Positions 26,515 through 37,400 of a stretch of DNA of 40,022 nt are shown one piece after another. Under the pieces are notes generated by a model that saw only the letters and a program-made list of their open reading frames with translations, did no database searches and was not told the DNA's origin. Origin of the DNA: an uncultured Pirellulales bacterium (GTDB taxonomy: Bacteria; Planctomycetota; Phycisphaerae; Sedimentisphaerales; Anaerobacaceae); NCBI GenBank assembly GCA_964582985.1, contig CAZOUM010000024.1, forward strand, positions 1-40,022, read 5' to 3'. Within the stretch, counting starts at the first letter, position 1, and every line of letters starts with the position of its first letter. Made by a program: the position numbers and the translations under genes.

Positions 26515-28677
26515 ATGAGGTTTCTGCGAAAAAAAAGTTTTGACAGGCCGAAACTGGAGACAGCATTGATAACGGAGCCGCAAAAAAACACGTTCTTTCC
26601 GATACTCGTCTCGGTCGCAATTATTGTACTATTGGGTTGGTACATACACATCTCCTGTGATTACCCCTATTATTTTATATGGGATATGGACCATATCACT
26701 TGTGTGGATACAGTGCTAATCCAAAGTGAATTGTTACCTGACCAGATATGTCACCCCAGTTCCGGAATGTATTTACTCCTGTTTTTCAGCCAGAAAATCG
26801 CCCACGCCTTCAACGCCGTGTCGGCGATAAATCTCACCGAACTCGACGCCTCACTCAACCCCCTTGCGGCAATGGCCGAACTGACGGATTTTATCAGGCT
26901 TCATTCTCCATTTTTATCGGTAGGTATCGTCCTCTTGCTGTCTGTCGCAGTGTACCTGATATTTGATATGCCTCGATGGTATCTTCTTTGCTTTATTGTT
27001 TTTCTGGGCACACAGGAGTCGCTTATCTACCATTCAAGTTTGGTAAGAAGCGAGCTTTACAGCGTTTTCTACTGGAGTGGCGCCGTTTTAGCAATCGCAA
27101 TGGCTGCTAAAACTACCAGCCCGGTCCGCAGATGCCTGTTGCTCTTGCTGACAGGCCTTCTGTTGGGGCTTTCTTTCCTGACCAAAGTACAGGCGCTGAT
27201 TTACCTTGTTGAGCTGCCCGTTCTACTAATTCTTGTGTTTTCTGTTCTAAAAAATCATCACAAACAGCATAGTCAGCACATTACACCTGCACGCGCATAT
27301 CTGATACTGGCAGTCAGCCTTGCTGACGTCATTGCTTTTCTGCTTTTGGCTATCGCTGCGTACCGGACCCCTGTGCCTCGTGGCATCCCCACCTGGGCCA
27401 CTGGTTTCGGCATTACACCAATGACAGTCCTTTTCTTTTTGGCCTTGCTTTCATTGTTTCTCTGTCAACTCTTTTTGTATCTCAGAAAAAGAGCATCCAC
27501 GCCCATTTTCAGATTCTCCGGCTTTTTTAGCCTCATCGCGGCCGGCTTTCTCCTGACCTTTGCCTTGCATTTTCTTTTTTATTCTAATCCAAGTCTGTCA
27601 CTGCGTTATATGTTGCTTGATTTCAAAATGGTTTTTCTCAGACACTCTGAAATCTTCCACCTTAAAGACCTCCCTGTTTATATCTCCAATTTCCTGTCAT
27701 ATCTGAGCTACAATCCCACGCTGTTTGTTGTTAATGTCGCCCTGAATTTGCTTCTGGTTCTGGGCTGCCGTTTTGGATTTGTCCGAATAACAAAAGGCCG
27801 GTTGGCCCTGTGCTTGATAATTACTGTTCTTGCTTTTGCAAATATCCTTATTGCGACACGGTTTATCCTCCGCGATATTCTTTGGAAGGAAGTGCTCCTT
27901 AACTTTTTGAATTTATTGTATTTTGGCTTCCTCGTAAGCAGGGCTGCTCGCTATCGTCTGGTCTTGGCCAGGGTTGGAAGCGGGTTGCTGATTGTCCTGC
28001 TTGTTGCGAATTGTATTCATAGCCGTAACATGCCCGACAGGACGGACGCCAACTTTAACCACTATGGATGGTGGCAGGACAAAGGGCTTACCAACACTTA
28101 TGGCGGCAATCAGCGCAAATATGGCCAAGTTATGCGCGAGAAGTACAACAGGACTACCACACAGGTGGCAAAGGCCAAGGCCCCCGACCACAGGCAAATC
28201 AGAAGGACGGTAGACTTTGTATTTAAAAATCAGACCGTCACACACCGCAATATTGGAATTGTTTTCACCGGTTTTCCCGCCTGGACTACTGATTTGGCCT
28301 ACAGGCTCGTTGAAGTCCCATCCGCCCTCCGCGGCGCCATCCTCGTGGATAATACTTCAGTTCCACCTGAAAAAACCGGCTTCTTCAATGAGCAATATAT
28401 CAGGCAGAATTCTGAGTACCTGGACAAATTCAAAAAGCCTTCCAGCGCTGATAAGATATCTGTCCTGACCAGACGTGATTTGAAGGTTTTCTTATTTGTC
28501 GATGCTGATGATGTCTCTTCTCTGGTGAGTGAACAGATAGTCAAGACACCTTACAAAATAGTCCTGAGAAATGCCAAGCAATCCACCCAGTTACAAGGCC
28601 TGGAGATAAAGAATTACTGCGAAATACCGCTGGAAAAAATCACGCGGAAATTCTTCTTTGTGATTCGAAAAATATAG
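26515..28677 (+). CDS. large polytopic membrane protein, possibly a GT-C-fold (ArnT/PMT-like) glycosyltransferase
   Basis: 720 aa. About 12 TM helices lie in the N-terminal 500 aa and a C-terminal soluble domain follows. The first loop carries acidic residues (WDMDHITCVD). The family assignment is tentative. Confidence 0.5.
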   Translation: MRFLRKKSFDRPKLETALITEPQKNTFFPILVSVAIIVLLGWYIHISCDYPYYFIWDMDHITCVDTVLIQSELLPDQICHPSSGMYLLLFFSQKIAHAFNAVSAINLTELDASLNPLAAMAELTDFIRLHSPFLSVGIVLLLSVAVYLIFDMPRWYLLCFIVFLGTQESLIYHSSLVRSELYSVFYWSGAVLAIAMAAKTTSPVRRCLLLLLTGLLLGLSFLTKVQALIYLVELPVLLILVFSVLKNHHKQHSQHITPARAYLILAVSLADVIAFLLLAIAAYRTPVPRGIPTWATGFGITPMTVLFFLALLSLFLCQLFLYLRKRASTPIFRFSGFFSLIAAGFLLTFALHFLFYSNPSLSLRYMLLDFKMVFLRHSEIFHLKDLPVYISNFLSYLSYNPTLFVVNVALNLLLVLGCRFGFVRITKGRLALCLIITVLAFANILIATRFILRDILWKEVLLNFLNLLYFGFLVSRAARYRLVLARVGSGLLIVLLVANCIHSRNMPDRTDANFNHYGWWQDKGLTNTYGGNQRKYGQVMREKYNRTTTQVAKAKAPDHRQIRRTVDFVFKNQTVTHRNIGIVFTGFPAWTTDLAYRLVEVPSALRGAILVDNTSVPPEKTGFFNEQYIRQNSEYLDKFKKPSSADKISVLTRRDLKVFLFVDADDVSSLVSEQIVKTPYKIVLRNAKQSTQLQGLEIKNYCEIPLEKITRKFFFVIRKI

Positions 28678-28939
28678 AGTATTCGGCACTTCTTATTATT
28701 ACGCCCTGCCGGATAAAGTGCTTGTTACGAATCCAACCAACTGCTATTGTGCTTCCTCTAACCAATAGTTCGCAAACTCGGCAAAGTCGCGCATGTTCAC
28801 TATACCGTCCGCATTGGCGTCCCACCTTTGCGCAGCTAACCATTTTGGCACGTTACCAACAAGAATGACACAATCAGCTCCCTGACTCCGCCTATGCGTA
28901 CTTCAATTATAACATTCTATCTTATATTTCAAGTGGAGC

Positions 28940-29095
28940 CCCACGGGCATAGCCCGTGGCACCTCCATCTTCGGCGGAACCCGCCGAAGCATCCGCCTAC
29001 GCTAAAGCTTCGGCGGATACCTTTTTCGCATTCATCCACGGGTAAAACCCATGGCTTTCTGCGAAGGCGGGTAAAAAAACCTATTTTTTAAAAAA
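28940..29095. other. cluster of perfect palindromes with alternative pairing potential (candidate structured RNA or REP-like element)
   Basis: CCACGGGC-ATA-GCCCGTGG (28943-28961) and CTTCGGCGG-AAC-CCGCCGAAG (28966-28986), with a third CTTCGGCGG copy near 29008-29016 able to pair alternatively with the middle arm. ATCCGCC..GGCGGAT, a second CCACGGG, and an A7/T6 tract (29073-29091) are also present. Confidence 0.35.
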
Positions 29096-29199
29096 TTTGG
29101 CCCCATCTTTTATTGTCGGCCGCCTCATCCAAAAACCCCTAAATGCCCTCAAATACACGCCGGCAACTTACCGCCGGAAATAGGTTGCGGATAGGCATC

Positions 29200-31545
29200 T
29201 TACCGTATCGCGAGTTTCGCCTGCTCAAGCCAGGTCGACGCCTTCGGCACAAGCTCAAAGCCTAAAGCAGCCAATGCAGCTTCCAGATTTTCAATGCTTT
29301 TCTCTAAAGCTTCTTTGGACCGCTCACCCTGTTCTATCGCCGTGTATATCTCATACCTCGCCGTGACAATATCGCTATAACTCAAATTGCCATAATCCGT
29401 CGTCCTGAGCATCTGCTCTAATGCCTCGTACGCTTGCCGCTCTTTCTTCAGCATATCATCAATCTTTTTCCACGCCTCAACTTTCTCACGTATAGCACGT
29501 TCGATATTATCGACGGCAGTTCCTGGACTTACCGGCAAACCACGGCCACTCGACCCGTTTTCATAGAGTTTCCGAATCTCCTCAGCAGATAAAGCCCGGT
29601 CATAGATGCGGACGTCATCGATTTTACCGTTCCAGGAACACCCATCCCAGGCCTTTCCTATCAGCGCTGTATTAGATGCATTAGAAGTCCCTTCCGAGAA
29701 TAATTTGCTGTCTTTTTCAACACTATTAACATACAGTCTCCAATCAGAGCCATCCCAGGTCATGGCAACATGATGCCAGCTTCCAACGCGGAAAGTACCT
29801 GCTGCAAACGTCAGATGACCGAGGTACATGTCATTTTGAACCGAAGCCCAGCCGCCACCGTCTCCATGTACTCTCAATCCTAATTCTCCACCAATCCAAT
29901 TATTTGCTCCTATTATGTAAGCAAAGTTCCTGCCGCCACAGGTCTCACTTAGGTCGGCAGCAAACGCCCACGCCATAAAAGTGCCTTTAGCCAGATTGTG
30001 CATTACCGTATTTCCTATGCTCACGTAATCCCCACTGCCGTCAAAATCAAGTGCGTAGTCACCTATCTGTCCAGCCACCCACTCCGGATCCCCGTTCAGC
30101 ATGCCGTCGTTATTGCCGACCGAATCGTATGCTATATCCCCCTCGCCCTCATCAAACTCCCAGTGGGCTATCGGCCCCACTCCCTCCAGGTAGAATACCT
30201 CGATTTCTTCGGCAGTCAACGCCCGGTTATAGACCTGCACATCATCGATCATGCCGTTGAAGAAATAGCCTCTACCTAAAGGGTTCTCCCTGCAGCCAAC
30301 ATAGACTTTCGACGATTTTCCCGTAACCACACCTGCTGTTGCCCCTGTGTTCTCCGGTGCTCCGTCGATGTAGAGTATTTTTGTTGAACCGTCCCTGACA
30401 GCCACGATATGGGTCCACCGGCCTTGATAACCATCATTCGACCACAAATGCTCGTCGGTTGCCCATTGTCCTGTAGGATTTGTATAGAAATCTATTCTTC
30501 CGTTGGGGTCCTGATAAACGACCCATTGCCGGCCATCGCCGCCATAGTTGTATTTGCTGACGACGTCACCGTAGCCGCCGTATGCCGAGTGAGGCCCTTG
30601 GGTGTAGAACCACGCTGCAATGGTGAAATTAGCGTCGCCGAATTCGAATTCGTCGATATCCCCAAAGTCGACGCAATCACCGTCACCATCAAAATCAAGT
30701 GCGTAGTCACCAACCTGTCCAGCCACCCACTCCGGGTCCCCGTTCAGGATACCATCGTTGTCGCCAGCCGAATCAAACGCTGTTATCCCACTGCCTTCAT
30801 CAAACTCCCAGTGAGCGACCAGACCGCCCGCGCCCTCCTGATAGAGTTGCGAAACTTCTTCGGCAGATAAAGCCCGGTTATAGACGCGCACATCATCAAT
30901 CTTCCCGTCAAAACAAATATCCTGGTAATGGCTGGTTCCGATACTTGCATTAGCACTCGAATAGGCCAAACTTCCTCCGCTTCCACTGTATGTTCCGCCA
31001 TCATCCACGCCGTTAACATACACGTCCATATCTGTCGCGCCTCTTACCACTCCAGCGACGTGATACCATGTATCCGTATCAAGTGCTCTTGTTCCTGTCT
31101 TGCTTCTTCTGTACGCTGGGCCCGAACCGTTGCCATCGCCAATACTAATTGTCGCATGACCGCTGTTGTCGATCAGCAGTGTCACTCCGTAATATATTGA
31201 CGAACTCTCATCCAGACATATAACAACGACACTATTTCGCGAAAGATTAATCCATGCCGAGAGCGTTACTGGCAGAGGCGGTTTCAAGCTGCTGTCATTG
31301 CCCAAATCAACATAGTCATCCACACCATCAAAGCCCAACGCCCCACCAATCTGACCACTTGTCCAGAGCGGACCGTTGATCAGCGTCCCGTGATTGCCAC
31401 CAACCGAATCATACGCGGTTGTTCCCGCGCCTTCGTCAAACTCCCACCAGCTAACAAGATTCGGCTCAGCCCACACAAGCCCAGAAAGGGCCAAAAGGCT
31501 CAAGACCAATGCAATTACCACACCGAAATTCGCTTTACTTGCCAT
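29200..31545 (-). CDS. secreted triple LamG/concanavalin-A-like lectin domain protein with C-terminal coiled-coil
   Basis: Signal MASKANFGVVIALVLSLLALSGLVWA. Three repeats follow the pattern (L/I)(V/A)(S/H)WWEFDEGxGxxA(Y/F)DSxGxN(H/D)GxLxNG(P/D)(L/E)W(T/V)(S/A)GQ(I/V)G(G/D)(A/Y)ALxFDGxxDxVxxG(N/D) (Laminin_G_3-like). The repeats are visible at DNA level. The last ~130 aa are heptad-rich. Confidence 0.8.
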   Translation of the reverse strand: MASKANFGVVIALVLSLLALSGLVWAEPNLVSWWEFDEGAGTTAYDSVGGNHGTLINGPLWTSGQIGGALGFDGVDDYVDLGNDSSLKPPLPVTLSAWINLSRNSVVVICLDESSSIYYGVTLLIDNSGHATISIGDGNGSGPAYRRSKTGTRALDTDTWYHVAGVVRGATDMDVYVNGVDDGGTYSGSGGSLAYSSANASIGTSHYQDICFDGKIDDVRVYNRALSAEEVSQLYQEGAGGLVAHWEFDEGSGITAFDSAGDNDGILNGDPEWVAGQVGDYALDFDGDGDCVDFGDIDEFEFGDANFTIAAWFYTQGPHSAYGGYGDVVSKYNYGGDGRQWVVYQDPNGRIDFYTNPTGQWATDEHLWSNDGYQGRWTHIVAVRDGSTKILYIDGAPENTGATAGVVTGKSSKVYVGCRENPLGRGYFFNGMIDDVQVYNRALTAEEIEVFYLEGVGPIAHWEFDEGEGDIAYDSVGNNDGMLNGDPEWVAGQIGDYALDFDGSGDYVSIGNTVMHNLAKGTFMAWAFAADLSETCGGRNFAYIIGANNWIGGELGLRVHGDGGGWASVQNDMYLGHLTFAAGTFRVGSWHHVAMTWDGSDWRLYVNSVEKDSKLFSEGTSNASNTALIGKAWDGCSWNGKIDDVRIYDRALSAEEIRKLYENGSSGRGLPVSPGTAVDNIERAIREKVEAWKKIDDMLKKERQAYEALEQMLRTTDYGNLSYSDIVTARYEIYTAIEQGERSKEALEKSIENLEAALAALGFELVPKASTWLEQAKLAIR

Positions 31546-32142
31546 TCTTCTATCCTTTCGAAAATGTATGACATTAAATTATGCCGCCATAGTCATCATA
31601 GCTAATAGACATCAGCCAGCAAATTTCGTTACGAAACTTACTTCACTTTTTGGGATTTTTTTTCGAAACTGTCGACTTAGCGTAAGCACATTCGTACCTC
31701 TCTGTAAAACTTCGCGAAACTCTCCCAATAGAGCCGGATTTTGCCACATCAGCTCTGTAACTACGTCTCCTACACTACAATTATAACATTTTTCCTCTTT
31801 TTCAAGTAAAAGAAACTATTCTATAAAAAATTTTACGTGACCTCTTATCTTCAACGAGCCTATCCAAAAACCGGCATATACCGTAAAATATCCGGCCTGA
31901 TGCACTCTGGAGAATTGTAACCAACATCGCTTAGGCTCAAAATCTCTGCAGCAATTCTGTCGATACTAAATGTAAACGAAGCTGTAGTCTCTGTGTACCT
32001 TCGGACATGGTTATCTCAGGGCAGTCCGCACACGAGAAATTGCCATTGCGTCCGACGCGAAGGAAGTTTAAAATACGCTCCCAAATGGTCGTAGTTAAGT
32101 GCCAACAACCATAAATACTTGTATTTTTTGAGTGACGGTCAG

Positions 32143-32898
32143 ATGGTCGATGATATTGCCGGCAAAGAGCGGTTATCTCACGAAAGAGAGCATGCAAAGG
32201 TTCTTCTACGTGACCCTGAAGGGATTTGGGGTTGGGCAACGCCTGCGGGTCGGATACGTGCCCAACGCCGGGCAAAACTTATAATCGAGGCGGGTAAAAT
32301 AAATGCCGGCAGCTTAACGTTGGAAATTGGTTGCGGCACAGGTGTCTTTACAGAACTTGTCACCAAGAGCGGCGCTTCCATAACCGCCTGCGAGCTATCC
32401 GAAGAACTTCTGGAACTTGCCACCAAAAAATCTTATGCTTCGAAAGTTGAATTTCTTAACCAAGACGCTGCGCAGTTGGGTCCTGAACATCACGGTCGTT
32501 ACGATGTAGTGTGGGGCAGTTCTGTCCTGCATCATCTGGACCTAACACTATTTCTTCCAAAAATGCTGCAGCTTATGAAGCCCGGTGGCTGTTTTGTCTT
32601 CGCTGAACCAAACATGATGAATCCACAGATATGGTTAGAACGTAATGTGCCTGTTATCCGCCGAATTACTGGGACAAGTCCTGATGAAACAGCTTTTTAC
32701 CGTTGGCGTCTTAAGAAATTTCTTCTTGATGAAGGATTCACTAATGTGTCCATACGACCGCATGAATTCCTCCACCCTATGATTCCCAAATTTTCTATAC
32801 GCGTGTTCCAATCGTTAAATGCGGTGCTGGAACACATCTGGCCGATTCGCGAGATTGCCGGTTCACTCCTAATCAGGGCAGAAAAACCAAATCTATAA
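32143..32898 (+). CDS. class I SAM-dependent methyltransferase
   Basis: Motif I LEIGCGTGVFTELV and the downstream VFAEPN motif. First ATG at 32143; the ORF-track start at 32119 is a TTG. Confidence 0.7.
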   Translation: MVDDIAGKERLSHEREHAKVLLRDPEGIWGWATPAGRIRAQRRAKLIIEAGKINAGSLTLEIGCGTGVFTELVTKSGASITACELSEELLELATKKSYASKVEFLNQDAAQLGPEHHGRYDVVWGSSVLHHLDLTLFLPKMLQLMKPGGCFVFAEPNMMNPQIWLERNVPVIRRITGTSPDETAFYRWRLKKFLLDEGFTNVSIRPHEFLHPMIPKFSIRVFQSLNAVLEHIWPIREIAGSLLIRAEKPNL

Positions 32899-32915
32899 GA
32901 GCAGACAGACAGTGC

Positions 32916-34340
32916 ATGATGAACAATGCTGAGACATTAGCTCAGGTTGACTGGAAGCGGCGGAAGAATCGCGGCTATTACCGTGAAGTCGACCGATGTT
33001 ACACCTCTGTCGTGCCCCAGGGCGTTCGCGTCCTCGAGCTCGGCTGTGCCACGGGAAGACTCCTCGCCGCCACTCGCCCGTCCTACGGCCTCGGAATCGA
33101 CATCGACACCCAGCAAATCGAAACCGCCAAAAAGATTCACGCCGACCACAGCGAATTAGAGTTTCGCGTTGGTGACGTCGAGGAAATGGATTTCGCCGGC
33201 ATCGAGCCTTTCGATTGTATCATCATCTCCGACGTCCTGCCGCTCTTACGTGACATTCAGAAAACGCTGGCCCGCCTGCACGCGGTTTGTATGCCGCACA
33301 CCCGGCTGATTATCACGTATCACTCCAACCTTTGGCGGCCGGTACTTGCCATAGCCACACTCCTCAGACATCGCTCGCCCGACCCGTCTTACAATTGGCT
33401 TTCCACACACGACATAGAAAACTTATTGCATCTGGCCGATTTCGAGGCCGTCACACATTCCGGCCGCACACTCTTGCCAATACGCCTGCCCGGCCTCGAC
33501 TGGATAATGAATCGCGTCCTTGCCAAGATGCCCCTGCTTAACAAATTGTGTCTGACCTGGCGAATTGTCGCCCGTCCCCGTCCCCAGGTTAGCTCCGAGA
33601 AGAAAGATTCCGATGGGCCCACAGTCTCAATCGTTATCCCAACCCGCAACGAAAAGGGCAATATCGAACCAGCCTTCACCCGCACCCCAAAAATGGGCAA
33701 GTGGACGGAACTTATTTTTGTGGATGCGCACTCCGACGACGGCACCATTGAAGAAATCAACAGGTGCACCGAAAAATACGGCCGCCAATGGCACCGCATC
33801 CTCCTGCTTCACCAAACCGCCCACGGCAAGGGACAGGCCGTCCGACAGGGCTTCGCCCAGTGTCACGGTGACATCTTGATGGTTCTCGACTCCGACCTTA
33901 CAATGCCCCCCGAGGAGCTGACAAAGTATTACAACGCCATTGTCTCCGGAAAGGGTGAGTTTATCAACGGCTGCCGGCTCGTCTACCCAATGGAAAAAAA
34001 GGCCATGCGTTTTCTTAACATGATTGGCAATTACTTTTTTGCCCGCCTCTTCACCTGGCTCCTCGAACAGAGCATAAAGGACACCCTTTGTGGAACAAAG
34101 GTCTTATGGCGCCGCGACTATCAGAGAATCGCTGCAAACAGGTCATACTTCGGCGATTTTGACCCCTTCGGTGATTTCGACCTGCTCTTTGGTGCATCCC
34201 GCCTCAACCACAAGATTATCGATTTGCCCATCCGTTACCGCGAACGCACCTACGGCCAAATAAAAATCCATCGCTGGCAGCACGGCTGGCTCCTCCTGAA
34301 AATGAGTTTAGTAGCCTTCTGCAAACTCAAACTGTCCTGA
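32916..34340 (+). CDS. fusion protein: class I SAM-methyltransferase (N-terminal) + family 2 glycosyltransferase (C-terminal, DPM1-like)
   Basis: N-terminal RVLELGCATGRLL is MT motif I. C-terminal VSIVIPTRNEKGNIE....FVDAHSDDGT....VLDSDLTMPPEE are the GT2 DxD/DSD motifs. Confidence 0.8.
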   Translation: MMNNAETLAQVDWKRRKNRGYYREVDRCYTSVVPQGVRVLELGCATGRLLAATRPSYGLGIDIDTQQIETAKKIHADHSELEFRVGDVEEMDFAGIEPFDCIIISDVLPLLRDIQKTLARLHAVCMPHTRLIITYHSNLWRPVLAIATLLRHRSPDPSYNWLSTHDIENLLHLADFEAVTHSGRTLLPIRLPGLDWIMNRVLAKMPLLNKLCLTWRIVARPRPQVSSEKKDSDGPTVSIVIPTRNEKGNIEPAFTRTPKMGKWTELIFVDAHSDDGTIEEINRCTEKYGRQWHRILLLHQTAHGKGQAVRQGFAQCHGDILMVLDSDLTMPPEELTKYYNAIVSGKGEFINGCRLVYPMEKKAMRFLNMIGNYFFARLFTWLLEQSIKDTLCGTKVLWRRDYQRIAANRSYFGDFDPFGDFDLLFGASRLNHKIIDLPIRYRERTYGQIKIHRWQHGWLLLKMSLVAFCKLKLS

Positions 34341-34465
34341 CCATACTTGTCCCGAGCGACGAGCGACGAATTTGCCTTCCTACAAATTCTTATTGCCTTT
34401 TCCCACTCTTGATGCTACTATTGTCCTAAATCTGCCTATAAAAAAGGATATCGGAAAACAGCGAA

Positions 34466-37400
34466 ATGGCAAACGTACCTATTAGAGTCATAGAGCTTGT
34501 CGAAACCTTCGACCGCAACATTGAAGCCTACAAAAATCAGCAATACAAAGAGGCACAGCTTTGTCGCGAATTTATAGACCCATTTTTTCACGCTCTCGGC
34601 TGGGATGTTGCAAATGAAAAAGGGTACGCTCCTGCCTATAAGGACGTCATACACGAAGACGCCATAAAAATAGGTGGTTACACTAAAGCTCCGGACTATT
34701 GTTTTCGCATCGGCGAGACGCGCAAGTTCTTCCTCGAAGCTAAGAAACCCTCCATCGACATAAAAGGCGACCCACACCCCGCTTACCAGTTGCGCCGTTA
34801 CGCCTGGAGTGCAAAGCTGCCACTCTCAATCCTTACCGACTTTGAGGAATTTGCCGTTTATGACTGCCAAATCCGTCCCAAACAGACCGACAAGTCTGGA
34901 ACTGCCCGAATTATGTATTACACCTATAAGGACTACATCGACAACTGGGACAAGATCGAGACCATTTTCAGCAAGGACGCAATTAAGAAAGGCTCATTCG
35001 ATAAATTCGCGGCCGCAACCAAAGGAAAACGCGGCACCGCCACTGTTGATAAAGAATTCCTCGCAGAAATCGAAAAATGGCGCGAAATGTTGGCCAGAAC
35101 CATCACTATCAAAAACATATCACTATCAAGGGATGAAATAAACTTCGCCGTCCAGCGAACCATTGACAGAATCCTGTTTTTGAGGATGTGCGAGGACAGA
35201 GGTATCGAGCGATACCAGCAACTTTTAGGCGTAACTAACGGCCGACAAATTTATCCCAGGTTATGCCAGCTTTTCAGGCAGGCCGATGCAAAATACAACT
35301 CAGGCCTGTTCCATTTTCGCCACGAAAAGGGTCGGGCCGAAGGCCCGGACGAACTTACACTAACCCTCGTTATTGATGACACCCAATTGGGATGGATTCT
35401 TCGCAGTCTCTATTATCCGGGCTGCCCCTATGAATTCTCTGTCCTTCCCGCAGAAATCCTCGGCAATGTCTATGAACAGTTTTTAGGCAAGGTTATCCGC
35501 ATAACTCCCGGCCACCAAGCCAAAATCGAAGAAAAACCCAAAGTTAAAAAAGCCGGCGGCGTTTACTACACACCAAGTTATATAGTTGACTACATCGTAA
35601 AAAACACCGTCGGCAAACTCTGCGAAGGCAAAGACCCCAAGCAAATCTCAAAACTAAAAATCCTCGACCCCGCCTGCGGCTCAGGCTCATTTCTGTTAGG
35701 TGCCTATACATATCTGCTAAACTACCATCGGGATTGGTACGTCCAGAACAATCCCAAAAAGCATACAAAACAAATATATCAGGGCAAAGGCGCCCAGTGG
35801 TTCCTCACCATCGCCGAGAAAAAAAGAATCCTCTTAAGCAACATCTTCGGCGTCGATATCGACTCCCAGGCAGTCGAAGTAACAAAACTATCCTTATTAT
35901 TAAAAGTCCTCGAAGGCGAAACCAGCGAAACCATCGGCCAAACCTATCGAATGTTCCACGAACGTGCCCTCCCCGATTTGGGCAACAATATAAAATGCGG
36001 CAATTCTCTCATCGGCCACGACTTTTTCGATGACTACCAACGTTTAGCCCCCGCACCTGTGGCGGGGGGCTCACACGAAACAACAATTCCTAACGACCTC
36101 TACCAAAAAATAAACCCCTTCGACTGGGAAGCTGAATTCCCCCAAATCTTCTCCGGCAAAAACCTCGGATTCGACGCCGTTATCGGAAATCCACCGTATA
36201 TCCGAATCCAACGAATCGGCCACGAAGAATCCGATTATCTCTTCGCCAAATATAAAACTCCAGCTAGTAAAACCGATCTCTCACAATTATTTCTTGAACG
36301 CTCTCTAATCCTTGCAAACAAAACCGCCATCATTGGTTTCATTTGTACTTCTCAATGGATAGCAACCGATTATGGGAAGAACATGCGCCGAGTATTATCT
36401 AATGGAGTACTCCATGAGATTGTTGACTTCGGTTCTCTCCCAGTTTTCCAAAAGGCAAGTACCTACCCCGCAATTTTTATTCTCAGCCCATCACGGGCTA
36501 AATCTTTGCGTATCAAAAAGATCACGTCACCCAACCAACTTAACCTTTCTAAAATCGAACAGATATGTCCCCGGCAAATCAATCTCGAAAACCTCTCAGA
36601 AAAACCATGGAATCTAGCCAAACTGGATATTCCTCAAACCCTCGACAGTCATGGTGTTGTATGGGAACCACTGCAGGCTTTTGGCAATACTTACATAGGT
36701 GTCTTGACTGGAATGGATGCTGCCTTCGTTCTACCAAAATCAGACACCAATCGACTGGGCCTTGAAGATGAAATCCTACTTCCATATGCCTATAAAGGCA
36801 AAGAGGTTGTTCGCTACCAAACAGTAACCCCCAGTTCAGTCGTCATCTACCCTTATACTCAAGCCCCTGATGGTTCCCCTGTATTGATTCCAGAGAATGA
36901 CTTGCGGCGCCGTTGTCCGTACATTTTTAAATATCTCGTCGCTCAGAAAAGTAAATTGTGCCAACGAAAAGATAGCCGGCGCCTGTATGCTACCGGTTCT
37001 CACTGGTATCGCCACTTACGGCCCGGTTCATTCAAGTATATCATGCCAAAAAAACTGATCATCAAGGGAATTGACAAACGGACGGTTGTAGGTCTTCTGG
37101 ATCAACAGACTTGCTTTAATGGCGCGAACTGTCCAGCTATAATCCTCGATAAGGACCAACGTCATTTGGAATTATACATATTGGGAATTATGAATTCAAA
37201 ACTCGTTTCATTTCACCTACGCTCGATTTGCCCCTCCAAGCTAAGCGGTTACACCCGCTTCAATGCAAAAAGCATTAATGGTACACCTATTCGCACAATT
37301 GATTTTGACAGTCCGCAAGACAAAGCCAGACATGACAAAATGGTAAAGCTGGTGGAGCGAATGTTGGATTTGAACAAGAAATTGGCCGCCGCAAAAGTCC

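Noticed and set aside
28894-29091. 65-aa Arg/Pro/His-rich ORF
   Set aside because: It coincides with the palindrome cluster. The composition is an artefact of translating GC-rich hairpins. No RBS.
33389-33799. 136-aa minus-strand ORF inside the MT-GT2 fusion gene
   Set aside because: Antisense shadow.
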